Assembly: GCA_937949785.1 (NCBI GenBank)
Contig: CALEDH010000019.1
Coordinates: 398-64,397, forward strand
DNA length: 64,000 nt
Reading direction: 5' to 3'
From: an uncultured Sulfolobales archaeon
Lineage (GTDB): Archaea > Thermoproteota > Thermoprotei_A > Sulfolobales > NBVN01
A program made the translations under genes and the position numbers. This document shows, one piece after another, positions 46,418 through 56,397 of the stretch. Positions within the stretch are counted from its first letter, which is position 1; each line of letters opens with the position of its first letter. The notes beneath the pieces are model-generated. The model made no database searches and was not told the origin of the DNA. It saw only the letters and a program-made list of their open reading frames with translations.

Positions 46418-46532
46418 TGCCGCACAACCTTATTGTGTCGCGGCCGGGATTTGAACCCGGGTCATGGGCTATCCATACGTAAGGTCGGTGTTCGACAGGC
46501 CCACATACTAGGCCGGGCTATACTACCGCGGC
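46418..46532 (-). tRNA. tRNA-Asp(GUC) with a canonical 37/38 intron (~22 nt) and a probable second 18-nt intron in the 3' acceptor strand
   Basis: The minus strand reads GCCGCGG-UA-GUAU-AGCCCGGCCUA-GUAU-G-UGGGC-CUGUCG[22-nt intron]A-GCCCA-UGAC-CCGGG-UUCAAAU-CCCGG-CCGCG[acacaauaagguugugcg]GC-A. Removing the bracketed hairpin restores a perfect 7-bp acceptor stem. Without it, C2 faces A71. Confidence 0.8.
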
Positions 46533-46566
46533 ATTCGGGGGCCTACACAGTAAAATAATTTCAGGC

Positions 46567-46576
46567 TTATAAATTT
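46567..46576 (-). promoter_or_regulatory. TATA-like box upstream of tRNA-Asp
   Basis: Minus strand AAATTTATAA, 35-44 nt upstream of the tRNA 5' end. Confidence 0.4.
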
Positions 46577-46648
46577 TACAATAATATTCACTATATAGAG
46601 ATTTTACAACGTGGTAACATGTTAAGCCTAATGGTATGTGATGTAGAG

Positions 46649-46722
46649 TGGGCCCGCTGGGATTTGAACCCAGGACCTCCGCCGCGTGAGGGCGGCGTCC
46701 TAACCAGCTAGACGACGGGCCC
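46649..46722 (-). tRNA. tRNA-Val(CAC)
   Basis: The minus strand folds as a canonical cloverleaf: GGGCCCG / GUCU-AGCUGGUUA-GGAC / CCGCC-CUCACGC-GGCGG / AGGUC / CUGGG-UUCAAAU-CCCAG / CGGGCCC-A. CCA is not encoded. Confidence 0.92.
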
Positions 46723-46747
46723 TCAAATACATCACTTCTATCCTCAC

Positions 46748-46762
46748 ATTTTAAATTTTTTA
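46748..46762 (-). promoter_or_regulatory. TATA-like box upstream of tRNA-Val
   Basis: Minus strand AAAAAATTTAAAA, centred about 30 nt upstream of the tRNA 5' end. Confidence 0.45.
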
Positions 46763-46954
46763 TGTTGATCGGTGTTTACATCACCTCCGCCGTCAGCAAC
46801 GGTTTTAGGGTGGGGGTTGGGTAGGTGTGGGTTGTGGTGGTTATTTGCGGTGTTTGAGGTTGGTTAGCGGTTTCAGGCATTCGAACACGGCGTACTGTAA
46901 AGTTAAGGATAAATCTTTAAATACTACGTGATTACTTTATACTGGGTAGTGGTA

Positions 46955-47473
46955 ATGCCTTTAAGACCTGGTAGGTGTTATAAGGAGCTTAAGAAACCCC
47001 CATATGCTAGAAAGGACTATATAAGCGGTATTCCTCAACCTAAAATAGTTAAGTTTGTTATGGGTAATACTAAAGGAGATTTCGATACATTGGTTAAGCT
47101 CGTGGCCAGGGAAGCAGTTCAGGTAAGGCATAACGCGTTGGAAGCCGCTAGGGTTATGACTCACAAATACCTCAGTAAGTATGTAGGTGATACGAAGTAC
47201 TTACTCATCATTAGGTCTTACCCACATCATGTTTTAAGGGAGAATAAGATGATGGCTTTCGCCGGTGCTGACAGACTTCAGGACGGCATGCGTTTATCCT
47301 TCGGAAGACCTATAGGTACCGCTGCTAGAATTAGTGAAGGTGATGTAATAGCTGAGATTAGAATATCTAATAAGTTTATTCCGCAGGCTAAGGAGGCTAT
47401 TAGGAGGATGCTTTCTAAGATAGGTATTAGGGCTGAGGTAGTTATTGAAAGCTTAAGTGAAGCTAAGGTATGA
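46955..47473 (+). CDS. rpl10e: 50S ribosomal protein L10e (uL16)
   Basis: MPLRPGRCYKELKKPPYARKDYISGIPQPKI is the characteristic L10e N-terminus. I prefer the ATG at 46955 over the tracked GTG at 46928. Confidence 0.9.
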   Translation: MPLRPGRCYKELKKPPYARKDYISGIPQPKIVKFVMGNTKGDFDTLVKLVAREAVQVRHNALEAARVMTHKYLSKYVGDTKYLLIIRSYPHHVLRENKMMAFAGADRLQDGMRLSFGRPIGTAARISEGDVIAEIRISNKFIPQAKEAIRRMLSKIGIRAEVVIESLSEAKV

Positions 47474-48474
47474 GCGAGTTAGACAGTTATTACTCATATA
47501 ACGTAGGTAAAATTGTTGAGGAGATCCGTAGTAGGAAATCGAAGAAGGTATTAATTCAACTGCCAGACGGCTTCAAACATTACTCAACTAAGTTATTGGG
47601 AAGGCTAACTAAGCTATTAGACAACGTCGAATTCGTAGTAGATGCCAACCCTATCTACGGTTCATGCATACTTAACAACCACATACTCATAAACTACGAC
47701 TTAGTGCTTCACTTCGGCCACGAACCATATCCGTACACCTCCCACGTAAATGAGAAGGTAGTATTCCTAGACTTCTTAAGCACTCTGATCCCAAGCAATA
47801 GGCTGATGAACGACTTGATCGCCATCATAAAATCGTTAAGTATCCGTAAAGTAGCTATGTATTCTGTCCACCAACATAAGGGAATTTTAGGGGACGTGGG
47901 GAGGTTCTTAAGGAATGCAGGGATCGACGTTCTTAATAACTTAGGTAATGCCACTATAATGGGATGTTGGTTTAACGACGTGTTAAACTACGTAAACACC
48001 GCAGATGGTTACATAGTAGTATCAAGCGGCCTATTCCACTCACTGGGGGTAGGGATGTTATGTAGGGGGCTTAAACACGTCATTCAATTAGACCTCTATA
48101 GGGGTGAGGTAAGACTACTAGATGATGTTGTAGTGAAGTACTTAAAAATCCGCTACGGTAAGATCATGAATTCCCTAGACGCAGCTAGTTGGTGTTTAAT
48201 TAACGGGGTTGAAGGGCAGTTCAGAAACGGTGTTAGAGAGAGGCTGATTGACGTATTAACTGCTAGAGGTCTTAAATACTTAGAATACCAATCGTTAATC
48301 ATAAACCAAGAAACGCTGAGGAACATAGATAATGAGGATATAGACGTGTACGTTATTACGGCATGTCCTAGGATACCTATCGACGACCTTCAAGATTTCG
48401 AGAAACCAGTGCTAACGCCCGGCGAGGCATTCATGATATTAAAAAACATTAATGAGTATCTCTTCCCATGGTGA
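47470..48474 (+). CDS. dph2: diphthamide synthesis protein Dph2 (2-(3-amino-3-carboxypropyl)histidine synthase)
   Basis: KKVLIQLPDGFKHYS start, three-domain Dph2 pattern with conserved Cys residues. 334 aa. It overlaps the rpl10e stop by 4 nt. Confidence 0.75.
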   Translation: MSELDSYYSYNVGKIVEEIRSRKSKKVLIQLPDGFKHYSTKLLGRLTKLLDNVEFVVDANPIYGSCILNNHILINYDLVLHFGHEPYPYTSHVNEKVVFLDFLSTLIPSNRLMNDLIAIIKSLSIRKVAMYSVHQHKGILGDVGRFLRNAGIDVLNNLGNATIMGCWFNDVLNYVNTADGYIVVSSGLFHSLGVGMLCRGLKHVIQLDLYRGEVRLLDDVVVKYLKIRYGKIMNSLDAASWCLINGVEGQFRNGVRERLIDVLTARGLKYLEYQSLIINQETLRNIDNEDIDVYVITACPRIPIDDLQDFEKPVLTPGEAFMILKNINEYLFPW

Positions 48475-48521
48475 TAGCCACAATATTAGGTAATTTAAAC
48501 CGCCTAACGTACTGTTAAGAG

Positions 48522-49112
48522 GTGATTAGGATAAGTAAGTTAAGAGAATTGACTAACATGGATGCCGTCCCAGGTATTGCCCTCTGCGTTATAGAGGAGT
48601 TCCTGCCTGGTAATTGGGTTTACGAAGACCAAGGCGTTGTAAGAGCTGCTGTGGTCGGTAAGGTAAGGCCTGATCTGAGGTCGAGAGCTATCAGCATCAG
48701 ACCTAGTGTTAAAACCCCGCAACTACCGTCTAAAGGAGATGTGGTGTATGGATTGGTTAGCATACTGTACGAGGAGCTGGCAATAATTAAGTTATTTGCC
48801 GGTGAGTCAGGTAGGAGGTATAGCAACTCATTCACCGGCCTACTACACATAACTCAAGTCCAGGAAGGATATGTTAGAAACTTCTACGACGTCCTAGCTG
48901 TCGGAGATGTAGTTAAGGCCAGGGTGTTGAATAACACCACACCATATAGCATAACTATTAAGGAACAGAAATTAGGTGTGGTAATGGCTTACTGCACTGT
49001 ATGTGGCTCACCCATGAAGAAACATCGATCAGATACGTTGAAGTGTTTGAAGTGCGGCGGTATTGAGAAGCGGAAGCTAAGTGTGAACTACGCAATAATT
49101 AAGGTATGGTAG
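48522..49112 (+). CDS. csl4: exosome complex RNA-binding subunit Csl4
   Basis: N-terminal PG...IEEFLPG segment, central S1 fold, and a C-terminal zinc ribbon CTVCGSP...CLKCG. The start is uncertain (GTG 48522 or ATG 48558). Confidence 0.75.
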   Translation: MIRISKLRELTNMDAVPGIALCVIEEFLPGNWVYEDQGVVRAAVVGKVRPDLRSRAISIRPSVKTPQLPSKGDVVYGLVSILYEELAIIKLFAGESGRRYSNSFTGLLHITQVQEGYVRNFYDVLAVGDVVKARVLNNTTPYSITIKEQKLGVVMAYCTVCGSPMKKHRSDTLKCLKCGGIEKRKLSVNYAIIKVW

Positions 49113-49156
49113 AAACGCTGACTATCTTTAACATTTACTGTCTCAATAACCACGGC

Positions 49157-52100
49157 CTAACTAGAGGCTACCTCCGGTCCTTCGCACTGTTTTACTATGT
49201 CGCTTCCTGATACCGCAGAAGTTCTAAGCCTTATGTTCACTACATCGCTTAGCAGTAGCGTTAATGTTTCATCTATGCTAAGTAGGTTACTTCTAACGGT
49301 ATCTAATAACTTCTCCACATCCCTAGTCATAGCCTCACTAACTATTTCAGGGATGTTCTTAGCAAGTAAGTCATATACTTCAACACCTAATTTAGTTGGG
49401 ATTAAGAACATCCTCTTCTTCGAGATTATCATGTACCCATGCCTTACGTTATTATCTATGGACTTAGCGTAGGTGCTGGGCCTCCCAATACCTCTGCTCT
49501 TCATATTCTTGATGACGTCACTCACATTAAGTAACTTGACTTCAGAGCCTCTAACAACTCTTACGTCCTGAGGCTCTACGACTAATACGTCCTGACCCTC
49601 TAATAATGGGATCACAACTAAGTTACTATATATTTTAAGGAAGCCCTCCCTTAAAACACGTACTGGGACCTCAACTAACCTCTTAAACTCTCCTACCTCA
49701 GCCATGTATGTGTCAAACACTACCTCAGCTTCGGACATCTGACTAGATATGAACCTATTGAATATTATATTATATAACCTGAAATGATTTCCAGTAAGCT
49801 TCGTGTAAAGCTCGTTAACCATGTAATTGTAGACCTCGTTAACGTCTATAGGTCTAGTAGGCCTAACACATTCATGTGTTCCGACCTCCCCCCAGGACCT
49901 CGGCTTAAGTGATGGCTGTAATTTCTTCTTGGCTAAGTATTCTTTAGCTACTTCAATTCCAACAGCCGATACGTGGGTGGAGTCGGTTCTATGATATGTT
50001 ATAAGACCTAATTCAAATAAGTCCTGAGCTAACTTCATAATAGTTGTTGCCGGTAACTTTAAGATATTAGAAGTCTCTACAAGTAATTCATCTGTAGTGA
50101 ACGGAGGTTTAGGCTGAAGTACCCTAACCTCACTGCTAGACCTCACAAACTTGATTCCATACTTCCTAACATGCTTAGCTAATTTAAATGCGTCATCTTT
50201 ACTCCTTAAGAACACAGTTAAGTAATACTTGTCGAAGAACTTCATTACTACGTTATATCCTTTACCTTCAACATATCTCCTATAACTATCGACTACCCAG
50301 CCAAGAATAGGTGTTTGAACCCTACCTCCTCCAAGCCAGTGCTTATCGAAGTGCTTTTTAAGCATATTACTTATTTCAAAACCGACTAACCTATCATCAA
50401 CCCTTCTAACTATTTGAGCGTTAACCCTAGACATATCTACGCTCCGGGAGTTCTTAATAGCTCCTACTAAGGCCTTTCTAGTAACTTCATGGAACTCAAC
50501 TCTCCTAATATCCTGCGCGAAAGGTGTGAGCGCTAAGAAGGTATCATAAGCTATCTTCTCACCTTCATCATCCGGATCCGTAGCTATGAATACCACATCA
50601 ACTTCCTGGGCTAACTTCCTCAGAATATCGATAACCTTAAGACTGTCTCTTAACCTAGGCGAACCACATCTAGGACATTCACTAGCTTTACTGGTAAACT
50701 GATACCCACAATCAAAACATCTCTTAATGGATGTATATATAGGTGTTATACCGTTGGAGTCCACCTTCACACCGTGTAAGCCCTCATTAACTATTAAATC
50801 GGTTATGTGTCCGAAGGTAGGAGCTATAGATGCTACGTAGACCTTATCATCAACGGGGATCACAGTCTCATACACTGCATACTCACCTAAATACCTCCTC
50901 CCAGGCCGTCCAAACATGGATGCTACGGTTCTAGCCTTAGTTGGTGATTCGACGATAACTAATGCGGATTTAACGTTAGTGTTAGGGGGTGAGGAACTAA
51001 TTGGTGATGTATCCCTACTCTTAAGCTGACCCCTCTTAACCTCCTCTAAGTCTACCTCTCTTAAATTCCTTATGTTGACGTTATGGATGTAATGCTTCAA
51101 CCTCCTGGTAAATATGTTCAGTAGGTCTAGGTCGTCGACTAGTATTATCGATAGACCTAACGTCATCGACCCATTATATAGTCTACTACTGCGGCCTGAA
51201 GCCTGGATATACGTCATGACGTCAGGTAACCATACTACGACCTTACCTTTCCTATACTTAATTATGTAATCGCCGAGTACTAACTTACTATTACTACGTA
51301 GGTATTCGTCGATGTATTCCTTAATTGTTTTAGAGGTGTTAAGTATTGCCTCCTTAAGTTCTAGTAATTGGCCGTCGACATCGATTAAGTTTCTCAGAGC
51401 ATAGGTAAGAGCTTTAAACTTCTTCGGCGGTAAGTTCCTCAACTTACGTATTAGCTCTTCCGAGCACTTGAAGCCGAGGTTTAACTTAGAGAGTTCAGAG
51501 CAGATGTAGATGAAGGACCTTGAATTCAGTAGTAAGTTATCTAAGTAGAATTCATTCTTAGGTATGCCTACGAATACAGTATTATATATCCTCAGCGGTT
51601 CGTCTAAACCTCTGGTCAGAATTCCGTAGTACGTGGCTACCCCTACAACTACGTCAGCCCTACCACTCCTAAGCATGTCTAAAGCCTTCCTAGAAGTAGC
51701 TGCTACTACCTTAAAACCTAATTCATTTAAAATATTTGCTAACCGCATAGAGTAATTTAAACCTAAGTCCTTACTCGTGAAGATTAGTGTACCTCCAATT
51801 AACTTGGTTAACAATTTCTTCAGTAAATCTTCGTCGAATTCTTCGTAGACCTCCACCAGGTTTCTTAGATAGTCACTTATAGCCCCAACTTCAAACCCTA
51901 AGAGCTCCCTAAGAACTTTAACTCTCTCACCTCTACCCCTACCGGTAGCGCTAGCAATTAACAGTTGACCTAAGTTACTGTAATTAATTGATTTAACTAA
52001 GCTTAAGGTGTTTTGATATAGCTCCTCTTTAAGCTTATTGATCAGTTCATCATTGTTTGAGTATTTCGCAAATGCTAACTCGTTCTTTAACATGACTAAC

Positions 52101-52795
52101 TTCTTAGCATATGTGATTGACTCCTCACTAATCCCCACACATTTAAGGATTACATCAATTATTGAGGAAGTCTTTAACAACGCGTCGAAGTCGTCAACGA
52201 CGACTACATCTAACTTTAAATCGCTTATTAACTCCTTATTTCTATGGATGAAACTATGGGTTACCACACCTATGAAGCTGTCTCGAAGGTCGTTTCCCTT
52301 AATATTATCTGATGTGATTAACTTAACTCCAAGCCTATTATAGTTACTTAACGTCCTATATACGTGGTTCATCAGCTCCCTAGTTGGCACTACGTAAAGT
52401 ACTTTACCATTGTTAACAGCTCTGTACAACGAGTAAATTAGTAGTAGAGTAGTCTTCCCGACACCTGTAGGTGCTATTAAGGCGAAGCTCTCATTAGAAA
52501 TCATCCTCCTAGCCCAAGCTTTTTGAATACTCCAGAGCTCCTTACCACTCACTTTATTAAAAAAGTTGCTAAACCCCTCTAACTCGGACTCGGTGTCAAG
52601 GAAGTTTAAGTACTTACCTAACTTACGTGTGCTGATGAGCTTATCCCTGATAAAAGGTTTAGAGATCTGGGTGGCCTCTCCAACTTCTAAGGGTAGGCAG
52701 TCAGCGCAGGGGAGTCCTAACCTCATCCTAACCTCATCTATGTCTCCACCGCAGTTTGGGCATAAGCCGCTGTATATCAGCATCTGATAACCCAT
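49157..52795 (-). CDS. rgy: reverse gyrase
   Basis: N-terminal zinc finger CPNCGG...CADC, helicase domain (APTGVGKTT, DDFD), and a C-terminal type IA topoisomerase with Toprim (ESPTKA, DPDDEGE) and an active-site Tyr region (ITYHRTDS). 1212 aa. Confidence 0.95.
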   Translation of the reverse strand: MGYQMLIYSGLCPNCGGDIDEVRMRLGLPCADCLPLEVGEATQISKPFIRDKLISTRKLGKYLNFLDTESELEGFSNFFNKVSGKELWSIQKAWARRMISNESFALIAPTGVGKTTLLLIYSLYRAVNNGKVLYVVPTRELMNHVYRTLSNYNRLGVKLITSDNIKGNDLRDSFIGVVTHSFIHRNKELISDLKLDVVVVDDFDALLKTSSIIDVILKCVGISEESITYAKKLVMLKNELAFAKYSNNDELINKLKEELYQNTLSLVKSINYSNLGQLLIASATGRGRGERVKVLRELLGFEVGAISDYLRNLVEVYEEFDEDLLKKLLTKLIGGTLIFTSKDLGLNYSMRLANILNELGFKVVAATSRKALDMLRSGRADVVVGVATYYGILTRGLDEPLRIYNTVFVGIPKNEFYLDNLLLNSRSFIYICSELSKLNLGFKCSEELIRKLRNLPPKKFKALTYALRNLIDVDGQLLELKEAILNTSKTIKEYIDEYLRSNSKLVLGDYIIKYRKGKVVVWLPDVMTYIQASGRSSRLYNGSMTLGLSIILVDDLDLLNIFTRRLKHYIHNVNIRNLREVDLEEVKRGQLKSRDTSPISSSPPNTNVKSALVIVESPTKARTVASMFGRPGRRYLGEYAVYETVIPVDDKVYVASIAPTFGHITDLIVNEGLHGVKVDSNGITPIYTSIKRCFDCGYQFTSKASECPRCGSPRLRDSLKVIDILRKLAQEVDVVFIATDPDDEGEKIAYDTFLALTPFAQDIRRVEFHEVTRKALVGAIKNSRSVDMSRVNAQIVRRVDDRLVGFEISNMLKKHFDKHWLGGGRVQTPILGWVVDSYRRYVEGKGYNVVMKFFDKYYLTVFLRSKDDAFKLAKHVRKYGIKFVRSSSEVRVLQPKPPFTTDELLVETSNILKLPATTIMKLAQDLFELGLITYHRTDSTHVSAVGIEVAKEYLAKKKLQPSLKPRSWGEVGTHECVRPTRPIDVNEVYNYMVNELYTKLTGNHFRLYNIIFNRFISSQMSEAEVVFDTYMAEVGEFKRLVEVPVRVLREGFLKIYSNLVVIPLLEGQDVLVVEPQDVRVVRGSEVKLLNVSDVIKNMKSRGIGRPSTYAKSIDNNVRHGYMIISKKRMFLIPTKLGVEVYDLLAKNIPEIVSEAMTRDVEKLLDTVRSNLLSIDETLTLLLSDVVNIRLRTSAVSGSDIVKQCEGPEVASS

Positions 52796-52828
52796 TTTAA
52801 GAGATTATGGCATCTAAGGATTTATTAA

Positions 52829-54520
<1,692 letters not shown>

Positions 54521-54527
54521 TCATCCA

Positions 54528-54794
54528 TTAGCTTAAGGTCTTACTCTCAATAACTAACATCGTCGTAGTCGACTTAACCTTAGAGATACGTCTTATTTTA
54601 TTGATGATTATCTCACGTAACGTTTCGTGGGTTGATGCCTCAACCTTAACAACCACATCGTAAATTCCGTAAACCTCGTAAACCTCCTTAACACCCTCTA
54701 TCTTCGATAATATTTGAGCAACCTCATTCTCAGCTCCTATTTCAGTATTAATTAGCACTATAGCTATGGGCATATAATACACCGAGATTATCAC
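54528..54794 (-). CDS. stand-alone Lrp/AsnC-type ligand-binding (RAM) domain protein
   Basis: 88-aa beta-alpha-beta-beta-alpha-beta pattern (VKEVYEVYGIYDVVVKVEA). No HTH domain. Confidence 0.65.
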   Translation of the reverse strand: MIISVYYMPIAIVLINTEIGAENEVAQILSKIEGVKEVYEVYGIYDVVVKVEASTHETLREIIINKIRRISKVKSTTTMLVIESKTLS

Positions 54795-54870
54795 TACCTT
54801 AAAACTAATAAACCTTATAGTATCACTTTATAATAACATATAAGGAAGTGTACGTGGTATGTAACGGTGG

Positions 54871-55158
54871 TTGACGGTGATTAAGGTAGAGAAATTAAGC
54901 GATAGGGAATTAACAATTAAGTTAATCGGTGAGGATCATACTATGGGTAATTTGATATCTAAGTACGTCCTTAACCATCCAAACGTGCAGATAGCTGCTT
55001 ACTCCATAGACCACCCACTAACCGAACATCCTAAGGTTATGTTGGTAACCGATAATAGCATAAAACCTCTTGAAGTCCTTAAAGAAGTAATTAACGAGGT
55101 CATCAACACCGTTGAAAAACTAATTAAAGTTAGTGAAGATTTGATGAACGATAAATGA
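54871..55158 (+). CDS. rpoL: DNA-directed RNA polymerase subunit L (Rpo11)
   Basis: ELTIKLIGEDHTMGNLISKYV...AAYSIDHPL matches the RpoL/Rpb11 dimerisation motif. Confidence 0.85.
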   Translation: MTVIKVEKLSDRELTIKLIGEDHTMGNLISKYVLNHPNVQIAAYSIDHPLTEHPKVMLVTDNSIKPLEVLKEVINEVINTVEKLIKVSEDLMNDK

Positions 55159-55496
55159 TCAAGGATGAAGTTAGAGTACTGGTAGTTGATTACATAGATG
55201 ATGGATTGATTATATATGTAATTCAGAGAGGTACTAAGGGTATAGAACATCTAGGGGTGGTTAAGGGGGGCCTTGAGGAACTACGTGACCACCTTAGATC
55301 TAACAACCTGATAGATGAGGTTAGGTATGTAGTCCTATCTGAATTTAATGTTCTTAAGGTTGTAGGACGTGAGTGGATTAAAATTCATGACTTAAACGTT
55401 GAGGAATCCCTAATACTAAACAATATAGTAGCTGAAGGTAGGCATATTATTAGATTAATTAAGGATGAATTAAAACTTATAATGATTCAAAAGTAA
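55155..55496 (+). CDS. hypothetical protein, translationally coupled to rpoL
   Basis: ATGA overlap with the rpoL stop and coding-like composition. No family recognised. Confidence 0.5.
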   Translation: MIKDEVRVLVVDYIDDGLIIYVIQRGTKGIEHLGVVKGGLEELRDHLRSNNLIDEVRYVVLSEFNVLKVVGREWIKIHDLNVEESLILNNIVAEGRHIIRLIKDELKLIMIQK

Positions 55497-55516
55497 ACTA
55501 AAAAGTAAAGTCAGAG

Positions 55517-55873
55517 GTGGTTAAGGTGGAGTTCTGCCCTAGGTGCGGAGCATTACTAATACCTCAGAAGCAGGGCGGGAATAAGACAGCACTACTATGC
55601 CCTAAATGCGGTTTTAGGAAGGAGGTAAGCAGCAGTAATAACAAGTACACATTAAGCTATGACACTAAACACACTCGAAAAGATAGGACGTTGGTCATCG
55701 AATCGGAGGAAGAGGTTAAGACATTACCTAAGGTTAAGGGCGTGGTGACATGCCCTAAGTGCGGTAATGACGAAGCTTATTACTGGTTCCTCCAGACTAG
55801 GAGGGGTGATGAACCACCTACGAGATTCTACAGATGTGTTAAATGCAATCATGTTTGGAGAGAGTATGAATGA
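55517..55873 (+). CDS. tfs: transcription factor S (TFS) / RpoM-like
   Basis: N-terminal zinc ribbon FCPRCGALL...CPKCG and C-terminal zinc ribbon CPKCGNDEAYYWFLQTRRGDEPPTRFYRCVKCNHVW, including the acidic DE hairpin. Confidence 0.9.
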   Translation: MVKVEFCPRCGALLIPQKQGGNKTALLCPKCGFRKEVSSSNNKYTLSYDTKHTRKDRTLVIESEEEVKTLPKVKGVVTCPKCGNDEAYYWFLQTRRGDEPPTRFYRCVKCNHVWREYE

Positions 55874-56397
55874 TCTCCTGTCTGAGGCAATCGTTAGACT
55901 AAGTTTTAAAATCACTTCTACGTAGCTTTGAGTTTATAAACTTCCGTAAGTTGAGGCGAGCCTAAGTGTGGGGGCTCATCTGCGTTCCAGAGGTCTTCGA
56001 GAGGTCTAACGTGGTGGGAGTTAACGTTAGGTCGGAACGGTTACAGAGAGATTTCATCCCCCGTTAACTGTTGTCAAGTGGTTAGCGTTTGTTAATCACT
56101 CCTCAACCTCTGCCCTCAAGGGCTTCATAGGCGGTTTTCCCACCTTCAACGGTGGAGGACAGATATAGAGGTATTTAAAGTATATCCACGGTCTTTCCAT
56201 AGCCGCATATCGGATACGTCCTAGCCAGCAGCCTCAGCACCTATTACTACGCGAATAATTTTTGGAAGAATGGTGTGGGAGGTTAACTACTTTAGGAACT
56301 ATAGCCGTAATCAACCCCATATTTACACTCGATATCCTAGTAGAGCGTATTTAAATTAAATATTTAATATTAATAAATTAAATATTTAAAAAAGCAT

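Noticed and set aside
46772-46867. 31-codon Trp/Gly-rich ORF (GTG 46772) in the G/T-rich block
   Set aside because: Its composition simply mirrors the G/T skew. There is no plausible promoter spacing, and it does not look protein-like.
55874-56397. RNase P RNA (including the minimal type T form known from Thermoproteales) or SRP 7S RNA
   Set aside because: I found no GGAAAGUCC-type CR-I element in the correct orientation and order. GGAAAGACC occurs on the minus strand, but downstream of the CGGCUA-like element. I found no SRP helix-8 GGAA-tetraloop/AGCA motif either. The region is kept only as a generic ncRNA candidate.
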